DNA of 64,000 nucleotides, taken from assembly GCA_003141245.1 (NCBI GenBank), contig PLLE01000034.1:877-64876 (forward strand), given 5' to 3'. Origin of the DNA: Chloroflexota bacterium. Lineage in GTDB: Bacteria; Chloroflexota; Limnocylindria; Limnocylindrales; CSP1-4. Position 1 is the first letter of the stretch; the number at the start of each line of letters is the position of its first letter. Below are positions 27,191-34,821 of this stretch, one piece after another. The notes beneath the pieces were generated by a model. It saw only the letters and a list, made by a program, of their open reading frames with translations. It was not told the DNA's origin and made no database searches. Both the position numbers and the translations under genes were made by a program.

Positions 27191-27841
27191 TCAGCCGGCC
27201 GGCGCTGTGGCCCGCACCGGCTCGCGCACGCCGCGCAGGATCAACTCTGCCGTGGCGGCGTAGCCCAGGCGGCCGGTGTTGACGATCAGGTCGTATTCGT
27301 CCGGATCGCACCAGTCGTGCTTGTAGAGCTGGTGAATGTAGGCGGCGCGATTGGCATCGGTCTCGTGCATCTTGCGCCGGACCTCGGCGTTGCCCAGACC
27401 GAGACGCTTCATCAGCACGCGGACTCGAACGTCTTCTGGTGCGCGCAGGAAGACGCGGAATACGTCCGGGCGACGGTGGAGCACGAAGCCCGCGCCGCGC
27501 CCGACGATGACCACGTTGCCGCTCGCCGCGACCTCGTTGATGACCTGCTCGGTCAGCTCGATGATCGCCTTGCGGGCATCGAACATGGGGTCCGGATACG
27601 GCGGCGACCAGCCGACGCCCATGCCCGGCTCCAGCGTCGAGAAGGACCGGACCAGACGCTCCAACAGCGTCCGAGGTCGCTCTTCCTCAGCCGCGACATC
27701 GCTCGGCGCTATCTCCAGCCGACGTGCGATCGTCTCGATCAGCGTCTTATCGACGACCTCGGCACCGAGCTCGGCGGCGACGATCCCCGCAACACTCGAG
27801 CCACCGGCGCCGTACTGGCGAGAGATGGTCACGATGGGCAT
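27191..27841 (-). CDS. cytidylate-kinase-like family protein
   Basis: MPIVTISRQYGAGGSSVAGIVAAELGAEVVDKTLIE.. is the typical N-terminus of the Cytidylate_kin2 family. Start at the internal Met. Confidence 0.75.
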   Translation of the reverse strand: MPIVTISRQYGAGGSSVAGIVAAELGAEVVDKTLIETIARRLEIAPSDVAAEEERPRTLLERLVRSFSTLEPGMGVGWSPPYPDPMFDARKAIIELTEQVINEVAASGNVVIVGRGAGFVLHRRPDVFRVFLRAPEDVRVRVLMKRLGLGNAEVRRKMHETDANRAAYIHQLYKHDWCDPDEYDLIVNTGRLGYAATAELILRGVREPVRATAPAG

Positions 27842-27973
27842 CTCGGGCTCCTGTGCCTGCTCGCGCCGGCGCACCCACGGCCGTTCGGCTGGGGATCGAT
27901 CGGCACGGGGCAAATGTACGCGCGCGGAGCGGCTCGGGAAAGGGCCGTCGGGACCGGCGAGATCATGGCCGAG

Positions 27974-28077
27974 GGCCCGAAGGCGAGGGTGAGGGTGGTG
28001 CGCTGGCCCGAAGGCGAGGGCGAGGGTGGTGCGCTGGCCTTCGCTGCGCCAGCGCTGGCCTCCGCTGCGCCGGCGCT
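27974..28077. repeat. GC-rich tandem repeats (2 x 31 nt, then 2 x 21 nt)
   Basis: GGCCCGAAGGCGAGGG(T/C)GAGGGTGGTGCGCT occurs twice (27974-28035). It is followed by GGCCT(T/C)CGCTGCGCC(A/G)GCGCT twice (28036-28077). Confidence 0.8.
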
Positions 28078-28888
28078 AGCCGGCCGCCAGGGCTCCGTGC
28101 AACTCCACAGAGTGGTCGCGCAGCCAACGTCGCCAGCGCCGGTGATCCGGCCGCCGTCCGGCCACGATCTCCCAGAACTGCGGTCCGTGACCGAAGACGC
28201 GCAGGTGCGCCAGCTCGTGCACCACGACCGTCTCGAGCGCCTCCGGCGGCGCCAGAACGAGCCGCCATGAGAACGACAGGCGTCGCGCGCGCGAGCAACT
28301 CCCCCACCGGGTGCGCGTGTCCCGGACCGTCACCGCGCCCGGCTCCACCGCCAGGACGGGCGCATGCCTCTCGATCTCGCGCTCGATGGCGGATCGTGCG
28401 CGCACCCGCAACCACGCCTCCAGAATCGCGGCCAGCTCCCGCCGCTCACCGGCGCGCAGTACCACGACCAGCTCATCGCCCTCGTCCGCGCCCTCTCTCG
28501 TGACGGTCGTGCGACGCCGGCCGGGCGACCCGGCCACGACCCGCAGACGGTGCGGCTCCCCGCGGAACCGCAGCATGCCGCCGTCGCGGAGAGGACCCAG
28601 CGCGTCCAGCTCCTCTCGCTGGCGGGCCTGCCTGTCCAGATGGCGCCGCAGCCAGGACTCGCGCTCGCCCAGGAACGACTCGGCCAGCCGCTCGGCATCT
28701 CCCTTGCCGCGGGCCGCCCTGCTGGGCACGGTGACGATCGGGCCGCGCCTCGGATCGACCGTAACCCGCAGGAGCCGCGCCCTGGTGGAACGCCGAATAG
28801 TGCACTCGATGCGGCCGCCCGGCAGCCGCACGGCAGCCTGCCATTCGACCGGCGCGGTCATCGCCCGCACCCCGATCGTCGTACTCAT
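28076..28888 (-). CDS. M48-family / YgjP-like (DUF45) zinc metallopeptidase
   Basis: C-terminal ..ETVVVHELAHLRVFGHGPQFWEIV.. contains HExxH in the SprT/WLM-like context typical of DUF45. Start at the internal Met MSTTIG. Confidence 0.75.
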   Translation of the reverse strand: MSTTIGVRAMTAPVEWQAAVRLPGGRIECTIRRSTRARLLRVTVDPRRGPIVTVPSRAARGKGDAERLAESFLGERESWLRRHLDRQARQREELDALGPLRDGGMLRFRGEPHRLRVVAGSPGRRRTTVTREGADEGDELVVVLRAGERRELAAILEAWLRVRARSAIEREIERHAPVLAVEPGAVTVRDTRTRWGSCSRARRLSFSWRLVLAPPEALETVVVHELAHLRVFGHGPQFWEIVAGRRPDHRRWRRWLRDHSVELHGALAAG

Positions 28889-29177
28889 CGCCTCACAGGG
28901 TAACGCGTAGCGACCCGCCGGACGGCAGCAGTGAACGCCCTTTTCTCTGGCGCGCCACATGTGATCGAACCGAGGCGCAAGGGCGCACCGACGCGCGATC
29001 CGCCAGGCCCGACCCGGCGCTGGGTCGCCCCTGTGCCGCTGGCCGCCCCTTCTCGGTTGGCCGCCTCTCTTCGGCTGGCCCAACAGCCCCTTGCAGCCGG
29101 ACCTTCGCCTGTGGCAGCCTTCACCGGTGGAGGCGTCAGCCGTGGTGAGGCGCCAGGAGAGGAAGGAAGGGGTCCGG

Positions 29178-30281
29178 ATGATGCGGGGTCATCGCAGCCT
29201 GATCGCGACACTCGTCGCGGTCGCGCTTTCTTCGGTCGCCTGCGGCGGGTCGGTCGCCACATCACCTCCGTTTGGCTCATCTGTCTCGACATCCACCTCG
29301 ATCGCCAGCGCGACAGCTGGACCCAGCTGGTCCTCGGGGTCCACCGCCACTTCAGGGTCCACCGCCACTTCAGGGTCCACCGCCACTTCGGAGTCCACCG
29401 CCACTTCGGGGTCCACCGCCACTTCGGGGCCGACGGCGCCGCCTTCCTTGTCCCTCGACGGGCCGATCGTGGCCTGGGGCGATGGATGCTGCGGCCAAAC
29501 GAACATTCCGGCAGGGCTGTCGGGCGTAACCGCTATCGCCGCTGGCGATTACTTCAGCCTGGCCCTCAAGTCGGACGGCACCGTCGTAGCCTGGGGCGAG
29601 AACCGGAACGGTCAGACGGACGTACCGGCAGGGCTGTCGGGCGTAACCGCTATCGCCGCGGGATATCTTCATGCCTTGGCTCTGAAGGCAGACGGCACGG
29701 TCGTGGCCTGGGGAGACAACGAGCACGGTAAGGCCAACGTGCCGGCGGGGCTGTCGGGCGTGACCGCGATAGCAGCTGGATACGACTTCAGCCTCGCCCT
29801 CAAGACGGACGGTACGATCGTGGGCTGGGGCAACGACTACAGTGGCCAGGTCGGCTTGACGCGTCGCCTGACGGACGTCACCGCGATCGCCGCGGGCGGC
29901 ACGTTCGGCCTTGCTCTCAAGAAGGACGGGACCGTCGTGGCCTGGGGATATCCGACAGGTGGCCAGACGAAGGTTCCGGCCGGCCTGTCGGGCGTGACCG
30001 CGATCGCGGCCGGGGGCTCATACAGTCTCGCCCTCAAGAACGACGGGACGGTCGTGGCCTGGGGTCGTGACGACTGCGGCACTGCGGACATGCCGGCCAG
30101 CCTGTCCGGGGTCATAGCGATCTCCGGCAGAGCCAAACACTTCCTCGCCCTCAAGAGCGACGGTACGGTCGTGGCCTGGGGGTGCACCGGGCGGGGAACC
30201 CCGCCGCCTGCCGGCCTCTCGGGCGTGACGGCGATCGCGGCCGGGGGCGAACATGCGCTCGCGCTCAGAACCGCACCTTGA
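29178..30281 (+). CDS. RCC1-repeat (beta-propeller) lipoprotein
   Basis: ATG 29178 follows GGAAGGAAGGGG; lipobox LSSVAC. Seven repeats of ..VVAWG.N..GQ..VPAGLSGVTAIAAG...SLALK.DGT.., which is the RCC1/BLIP-II blade pattern. Confidence 0.85.
   Translation: MMRGHRSLIATLVAVALSSVACGGSVATSPPFGSSVSTSTSIASATAGPSWSSGSTATSGSTATSGSTATSESTATSGSTATSGPTAPPSLSLDGPIVAWGDGCCGQTNIPAGLSGVTAIAAGDYFSLALKSDGTVVAWGENRNGQTDVPAGLSGVTAIAAGYLHALALKADGTVVAWGDNEHGKANVPAGLSGVTAIAAGYDFSLALKTDGTIVGWGNDYSGQVGLTRRLTDVTAIAAGGTFGLALKKDGTVVAWGYPTGGQTKVPAGLSGVTAIAAGGSYSLALKNDGTVVAWGRDDCGTADMPASLSGVIAISGRAKHFLALKSDGTVVAWGCTGRGTPPPAGLSGVTAIAAGGEHALALRTAP
29337..29426. repeat. 5 x 18-nt in-frame tandem repeat inside the RCC1 lipoprotein linker
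   Basis: GGGTCCACCGCCACTTC(A/G) occurs 5 times (one copy starts GAG) and encodes (GSTATS)n. Confidence 0.9.
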
Positions 30282-30388
30282 ACGAAAGGGTGCCCCTGCG
30301 GTCCGCCGCGAACGTAAGCCCCATCCGCCGCGAACGGCGACGCCCGGCGCGCAAACCCGCCGTGTTGCTGTAACATTCGCGGGCGCGT

Positions 30389-30464
30389 GGGGCTATAGCT
30401 CAGCTGGGAGAGCGCCTGCATGGCATGCAGGAGGTCCAGGGTTCGAATCCCTGTAGCTCCACCA
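30389..30464 (+). tRNA. tRNA-Ala (anticodon GGC), CCA encoded
   Basis: Cloverleaf folded by hand: acceptor GGGGCUA/UAGCUCC with the G3:U70 Ala identity pair, anticodon loop AUGGCAU, T-arm CAGGG-UUCGAAU-CCCUG, 3' ACCA. Confidence 0.92.
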
Positions 30465-30486
30465 ATCCCCCTCTGACGTGCCGGCC

Positions 30487-30552
30487 GCGGTTGCGGCTGA
30501 CCGAGGTTGCGGCTGACCGAGGTTGCGGCTTCCCGAGGTTTGCGGCTGACCG
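30487..30552. repeat. about 4 x 16-nt tandem repeat immediately downstream of tRNA-Ala
   Basis: CGAGGTTGCGGCTGAC-type units repeated four times with small variations. Confidence 0.8.
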
Positions 30553-30634
30553 CCGCCGGTATGGTCTCGGCGGAGCCACCGCAAATTGATCTCGAGATAA
30601 GCGCGCGCAAAGCGCTACTTCCCAGACTGCAGCC

Positions 30635-31420
30635 ATGGACGACCTGCAGCTCGGAGCGGTCATCCGGGCGATTCGAAAGCGGCGGGGGCTCGGCCAGCTG
30701 GACCTGGCACGGCTGGCAGGCGTCTCGCATGCAACGGTGTCGCTCGTCGAGCGCGGCCACTGCGAGAGGCTGTCGCTGCTGACCGTCAGACGGATCGCGT
30801 CGGCGCTCGAGGTTCGCTTGGAGCTTCTCGGGCGCTGGCGAGGCGGGGAGCTGGACCGCCTTCTGAGCCGCCGACATTCGATGCTCGGGGAGAGCTTTGC
30901 CGCGTTCGTGCTGGCGCACCCCGGATGGATCGTCGAGCCCGAAGTGTCGTTCTCGATCTACGGTGAACGCGGCGCGATCGACCAGCTCGCCTGGCATTCA
31001 GGCTCGGCGCATCTGCTGGTGGTGGAACTGAAGACCGCCCTCGTCGACATCAACGAGATGCTGGGCACGCTCGACCGCAAGCGCCGGCTGGCCCGAACGA
31101 TCGCTGCCGACCTGGGCTGGCGTCCGTCCGTGATCAGCGTCTGGCTGATCGTGGAGGACACGCACACCAATCGCCGGCACGCCACCGACCATCGCGTGCT
31201 CCTGCGCACGAGGCTGCCCCTCGACGGCCGACAGCTCCGACCGTTCCTGCTGAGGCCCTCTTTGGCCACGTCCGGGCTGGCATTCTGGCCAAATGCAAAC
31301 CCCCGTAGCACGAGGCCGAGTCGCCGACCCAATGGAGGGCGCGACGATGCTCAGCAGGCACCGCAAGGCGCCCGATCCAGCGTGGATTCGGGCCGGCGCG
31401 AAATCGGAAATGGCAGTTGA
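30635..31420 (+). CDS. XRE-family HTH protein fused to a PD-(D/E)xK-like domain
   Basis: N-terminal HTH: LGAVIRAIRKRRGLGQLDLARLAGVSHATVSLVERG. Central ..GERGAIDQLAW..AHLLVVELKTAL.. gives a D...E-x-K pattern. Confidence 0.7.
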   Translation: MDDLQLGAVIRAIRKRRGLGQLDLARLAGVSHATVSLVERGHCERLSLLTVRRIASALEVRLELLGRWRGGELDRLLSRRHSMLGESFAAFVLAHPGWIVEPEVSFSIYGERGAIDQLAWHSGSAHLLVVELKTALVDINEMLGTLDRKRRLARTIAADLGWRPSVISVWLIVEDTHTNRRHATDHRVLLRTRLPLDGRQLRPFLLRPSLATSGLAFWPNANPRSTRPSRRPNGGRDDAQQAPQGARSSVDSGRREIGNGS

Positions 31421-31444
31421 GCCGCCCGGCGGACTGGCTACGTC

Positions 31445-31725
31445 GCCACGTGCTACCCCGGTTAGCAAATGGCCAGGTCGTGGCCGGGCGAGGCCGGTCG
31501 TGGCCGGGCGAGGCCAGGTCGTGGCCGGATTCCGCCGCCCAGGGTCCTCGAGATGGCCACGTGCTACCCCGGTTAGCAAATGGCCAGGCGAGGCCGGTCG
31601 TGGCCAGGCGAGGCCGGGCGAGGCCGGGCGAGGCCGGGCCCCTGGCCGGGCGAGGCCGGGCCCCTGGCCGGATTCCGCCGCCTGGGTCCTCAAGATGGCC
31701 ACGTGCTACCCGGTAGGCAAATGGT
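31445..31725. repeat. complex tandem repeat (about 2.3 units of 111-142 nt) with embedded GGCCGGGCGA-type microsatellite
   Basis: The core GCCACGTGCTACCCCGGTTAGCAAATGGCCAGG occurs at 31445, 31556 and, degenerate, at 31698. GGCCGGATTCCGCCGCC(C)AGGGTCCTC(G/A)AGATG occurs at 31523 and 31665. The units are separated by runs of CGAGGCCGG/GTCGTGGCC. Confidence 0.85.
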
Positions 31726-31864
31726 GGAATCCCCCGAGCTTCCGCGAGCGCCTCGCCCCTCGTGGCCGGCCGCGGCCGCCGCTCGGCTAAACTGAGGCCG
31801 TTCGAGCGCGCCGGACCAAGGAGGAGAGGCGCGTCCCGGACGCCCAACGAGCGAGAGGTCCACC

Positions 31865-34414
31865 GTGTCGGCAGCAGAGCGCACCCGTATCGACCGTTAC
31901 GAGCCCGCGACCATCGAGCCGCGATGGCAGCGGCGCTGGGCAGAGCTCGACCTGTACGAGACGGACCTGACCGACGAGTCGCGGCCCAAGTACTACTTGC
32001 TGACGATGTACCCGTACACGTCGGGCAACCTGCACATCGGGCACTGGTACGCGAAGTCGCCGACCGACGCTATCGCGCGCTTCCACCGTATGAACGGCGA
32101 GAACGTCTTCCTGCCGATCGGCTTCGACGCCTTCGGGCTGCCGGCCGAGAACGCCGCGATCAAGAACAAGATCCACCCCCGGCAGTGGACGCTGAGCAAC
32201 ATCGAGAACATGCGGCGGCAGCTGCGCTCGATGGGCGCCACCTTCGCCTGGAAGAGCGAGGTCGTCACGTGCGACCCCGACTATTACCGCTGGAATCAGT
32301 GGATCTTCCTGCGATTCCTGGAGGCCGGGCTGGCTTACCGCGCCAGCTCGCCCGTGGACTGGTGCCCCAACGACGGGACGCTCGCGCGCGAGCAGGTCGA
32401 AGGCGCCGACCGCCACTGCTGGCGTTGCGGCATGCGCGTCGTGAAGCGCGAGCTGGACCAGTGGTACCTGCGAACCACGAACTACGCCGACGAGCTGCTC
32501 GACTTCTCGGCGATCGAATGGCCGGAGTCGGTCCGGATCATGCAGACCAACTGGATCGGCCGGTCCGAGGGCGCCGAAGTCGCCTTCACGACCGAGCCCG
32601 ACGAGTCGCGGCCCGGCGGCGACGAGTTGCGCGTTTTCACCACCCGCCCGGACACGCTCTATGGCGCGACCTTCATGGTCCTGGCGCCCGAACACGCGCT
32701 TGTGCCGAAGCTCACCCACTCGCATCGAAAGGCCGAAGTCGAGGCCTACGTTGCGGCTGCCGGTCGGGAGACCGAGATCGAACGGATGTCGACCGAGCGC
32801 CCCAAGACCGGCGTCTTCACCGGCTCGTACGCGGTCAACCCGGTCAACGGCGAGCGCATCCCGATCTGGATCGCCGACTACGTCCTCGCCGGCTACGGCA
32901 CCGGCGCGATCATGGCCGTCCCCGCCCATGACGAGCGCGACTTCGAGTTCGCCCGCAAGTTCGGACTGCCGATCCGCCGCGTCATCGCCGGCCCCGAAGT
33001 CACCGACGCGGAAGTCGCGGCGCCGATGGAGACGGCCTTCGTCTCGCACGGGACCGAGGAGCGGATGGTCAACTCCGGCCCGTATACGGGGCTGCCGGCG
33101 AAGGAGGGCTTCGCTTCGATCGTGGCGATGCTGGAGAAGCAGGGCAAGGGCAAGGCCTCGGTCAACTATCGGCTGCGCGACTGGCTGATCAGCCGGCAGC
33201 GCTACTGGGGCACGCCGATCCCGGTCGTGTACTGTGACAGCGACGGCATCGTGCCGGTCCCCGACGACCAGCTGCCGGTCCGACTTCCGGAGAAGGTCGA
33301 CTACGCCGGCCGCGGCGACAACCCGCTCAAATCGGATGCCGCCTTCGTCAACACGACCTGCCCCAGGTGCGGCGGGCAGGCCCGGCGCGAGACCGACACG
33401 ATGGACACCTTCATCGACTCGAGCTGGTACTGGTTCCGGTACCTCTCGCCGAGCGATTCGAACGCCCCGGTGGACCGCAAGGTCGAGGCGCGCTGGTGTC
33501 CCGTCGACCAGTACACCGGCGGCGCCGAGCACGCCGTGATGCACCTGCTCTATGCCCGCTTCTTCACCAAGGCGATGGCCGACCTGGGCCTGGTCCATGA
33601 GCGCGAGCCGTTCAAGCGGCTCTTCAACCAGGGCCAGATCCTCGGCGCCGACGGCGAGCGGATGAGCAAGAGCCGCGGCAACGTCCAGGACCCCGATGAG
33701 CTGGTCTCGCGATTCGGTGCGGACGCGGTCCGGCTCTTCCTGATGTTCATGGGGCCGTGGGACCAGGGCGGCCCGTGGAGCCCAACCGGGATCGGCGGGA
33801 TCAGCCGCTTCCTCAACCGGGTCTGGTATGCGGCACTGGACCCGCACGGCGTAGATGCCGGCGACGCCGAGTCGGGCATGCTGCCTGCCGGGCAGGATCG
33901 CGCGGCGGGCGAGCGCGCGCTCCGCACCGCTGCCCACCGAACGCTGCGGATCGTGTCCGAGGAATACGCGAAGATGCGCTTCAACACGATGGTCGCCCAC
34001 CTGATGGAGCTGTCCAACTTGCTGCAGCGCTACCGAGGCACCGCTGCGGCTGGCACGAAGGCCTGGAACGAAGCGATCCGGCTGATGCTGCTGATGCTGG
34101 CGCCGTGCGCGCCGCACATCGCCGAGGAGCTTTGGTCGCGGCTGGCCGAGGCTCGCGGCGAGGCGTGGTCGTCGATCCACACCCAGGCCTGGCCCGCGGT
34201 GGACGAGGCGGCCGCTACGGAGAACGAGCGCGAGGTTCCGGTCCAGGTCAACGGCAAGCTGCGCGACCGCGTCATGGTCCCGGTCGGGATCGGCGAGGCG
34301 GAGCTGGAGCGGCTTGTCCTGGCGCGGCCCAAGGTCGTGACCGCCCTGGACGGCAAGGCGCCCCTGAAGGTGATCCACGCCGGCGGCAAGCTGGTCAACA
34401 TCGTGGTGAGGTAG
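31865..34414 (+). CDS. leuS: leucine--tRNA ligase
   Basis: 849 aa with class I motifs [11 protein letters not shown] (HIGH) and KMSKSRGN (KMSKS), a CP1 editing domain and a LeuRS-specific C-terminus. GTG start. Confidence 0.97.
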   Translation: MSAAERTRIDRYEPATIEPRWQRRWAELDLYETDLTDESRPKYYLLTMYPYTSGNLHIGHWYAKSPTDAIARFHRMNGENVFLPIGFDAFGLPAENAAIKNKIHPRQWTLSNIENMRRQLRSMGATFAWKSEVVTCDPDYYRWNQWIFLRFLEAGLAYRASSPVDWCPNDGTLAREQVEGADRHCWRCGMRVVKRELDQWYLRTTNYADELLDFSAIEWPESVRIMQTNWIGRSEGAEVAFTTEPDESRPGGDELRVFTTRPDTLYGATFMVLAPEHALVPKLTHSHRKAEVEAYVAAAGRETEIERMSTERPKTGVFTGSYAVNPVNGERIPIWIADYVLAGYGTGAIMAVPAHDERDFEFARKFGLPIRRVIAGPEVTDAEVAAPMETAFVSHGTEERMVNSGPYTGLPAKEGFASIVAMLEKQGKGKASVNYRLRDWLISRQRYWGTPIPVVYCDSDGIVPVPDDQLPVRLPEKVDYAGRGDNPLKSDAAFVNTTCPRCGGQARRETDTMDTFIDSSWYWFRYLSPSDSNAPVDRKVEARWCPVDQYTGGAEHAVMHLLYARFFTKAMADLGLVHEREPFKRLFNQGQILGADGERMSKSRGNVQDPDELVSRFGADAVRLFLMFMGPWDQGGPWSPTGIGGISRFLNRVWYAALDPHGVDAGDAESGMLPAGQDRAAGERALRTAAHRTLRIVSEEYAKMRFNTMVAHLMELSNLLQRYRGTAAAGTKAWNEAIRLMLLMLAPCAPHIAEELWSRLAEARGEAWSSIHTQAWPAVDEAAATENEREVPVQVNGKLRDRVMVPVGIGEAELERLVLARPKVVTALDGKAPLKVIHAGGKLVNIVVR

Positions 34415-34466
34415 GGCGGCGACACCGCGCCGGTGGTCTGGTTGCTCCGATCCGGCGACGGGCAAT

Positions 34467-34703
34467 CCTGATCTCGCATTTGTCCGGCTGAGCCGGACAG
34501 GTTCGTCCCGTCCAGCACGATCGCGCGGCTCGAGGTCCGCGGCTTCGCCGCCACGGGGCTATCGGAGGCGAGAAACTGCCATCCGGACCCCGTCCGTGCC
34601 GGCCCTGAGCCGGTCTTGCCGCTTCAAACACCGACCGGGACGACCGAACCTTGCGTGGCGAGCGATTCTTGTCCGGCAGGGCCGGACAACTGCAAGATCG
34701 GGG
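34467..34703. mobile_element. MITE-like non-coding element with about 35-bp imperfect terminal inverted repeats
   Basis: CCTGATCTCGCATTTGTCCGGCTGAGCCGGACAGG (34467-34501) matches the reverse complement of 34668-34703 (CCCGATCTTGCAGTTGTCCGGCCCTGCCGGACAAG) at 28 of 35 positions by hand alignment. Each end carries a TGTCCGGC-NNN-GCCGGACA hairpin. No ORF inside. Confidence 0.4.
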
Positions 34704-34720
34704 TCTGTGGCCGCCCTTGG

Positions 34721-34781
34721 GGCAAGCGGCCGCTCAAGGTGATCCACGCCGGCGGCCGCCTCGTCAATATCGTGGTGCGGG
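34721..34781 (+). pseudogene. diverged duplicate of the last ~20 codons of leuS
   Basis: It encodes [20 protein letters not shown], against the LeuRS C-terminus [20 protein letters not shown] (34351-34411). About 50 of 60 nt are identical by hand alignment, and the differences are mostly synonymous or conservative. Confidence 0.6.
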
Positions 34782-34821
34782 GACGGCCAGGGCCCGGCTT
34801 CTGAGCGACGCGAGCGTCCTG

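Noticed and set aside
29091-29177. Upstream extension of the RCC1 lipoprotein ORF (start at 29091)
   Set aside because: The signal peptide and a strong RBS (GGAAGGAAGGGG) are positioned for ATG 29178. The extra 29 codons would bury the lipoprotein signal.
31445-31725. Possible CRISPR array (also considered for 30487-30552)
   Set aside because: The intervening segments are simple GC microsatellites rather than unique spacers of constant length. The unit period varies (111 vs 142 nt), there are only 2-3 units, and no cas genes are in the window.
31421-31864. T-box or other riboswitch leader for leuS
   Set aside because: I could not find the T-box consensus (..GGGTGGTACCGCG..) or a specifier/terminator arrangement. 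The region is dominated by tandem repeats instead.
31787-34465. 892-aa ORF on the minus strand covering all of leuS
   Set aside because: It lies antisense to an unambiguous leuS gene. Its Arg/Gly/Pro/Asp-rich low-complexity translation is typical of high-GC shadow ORFs, and it has no motifs.
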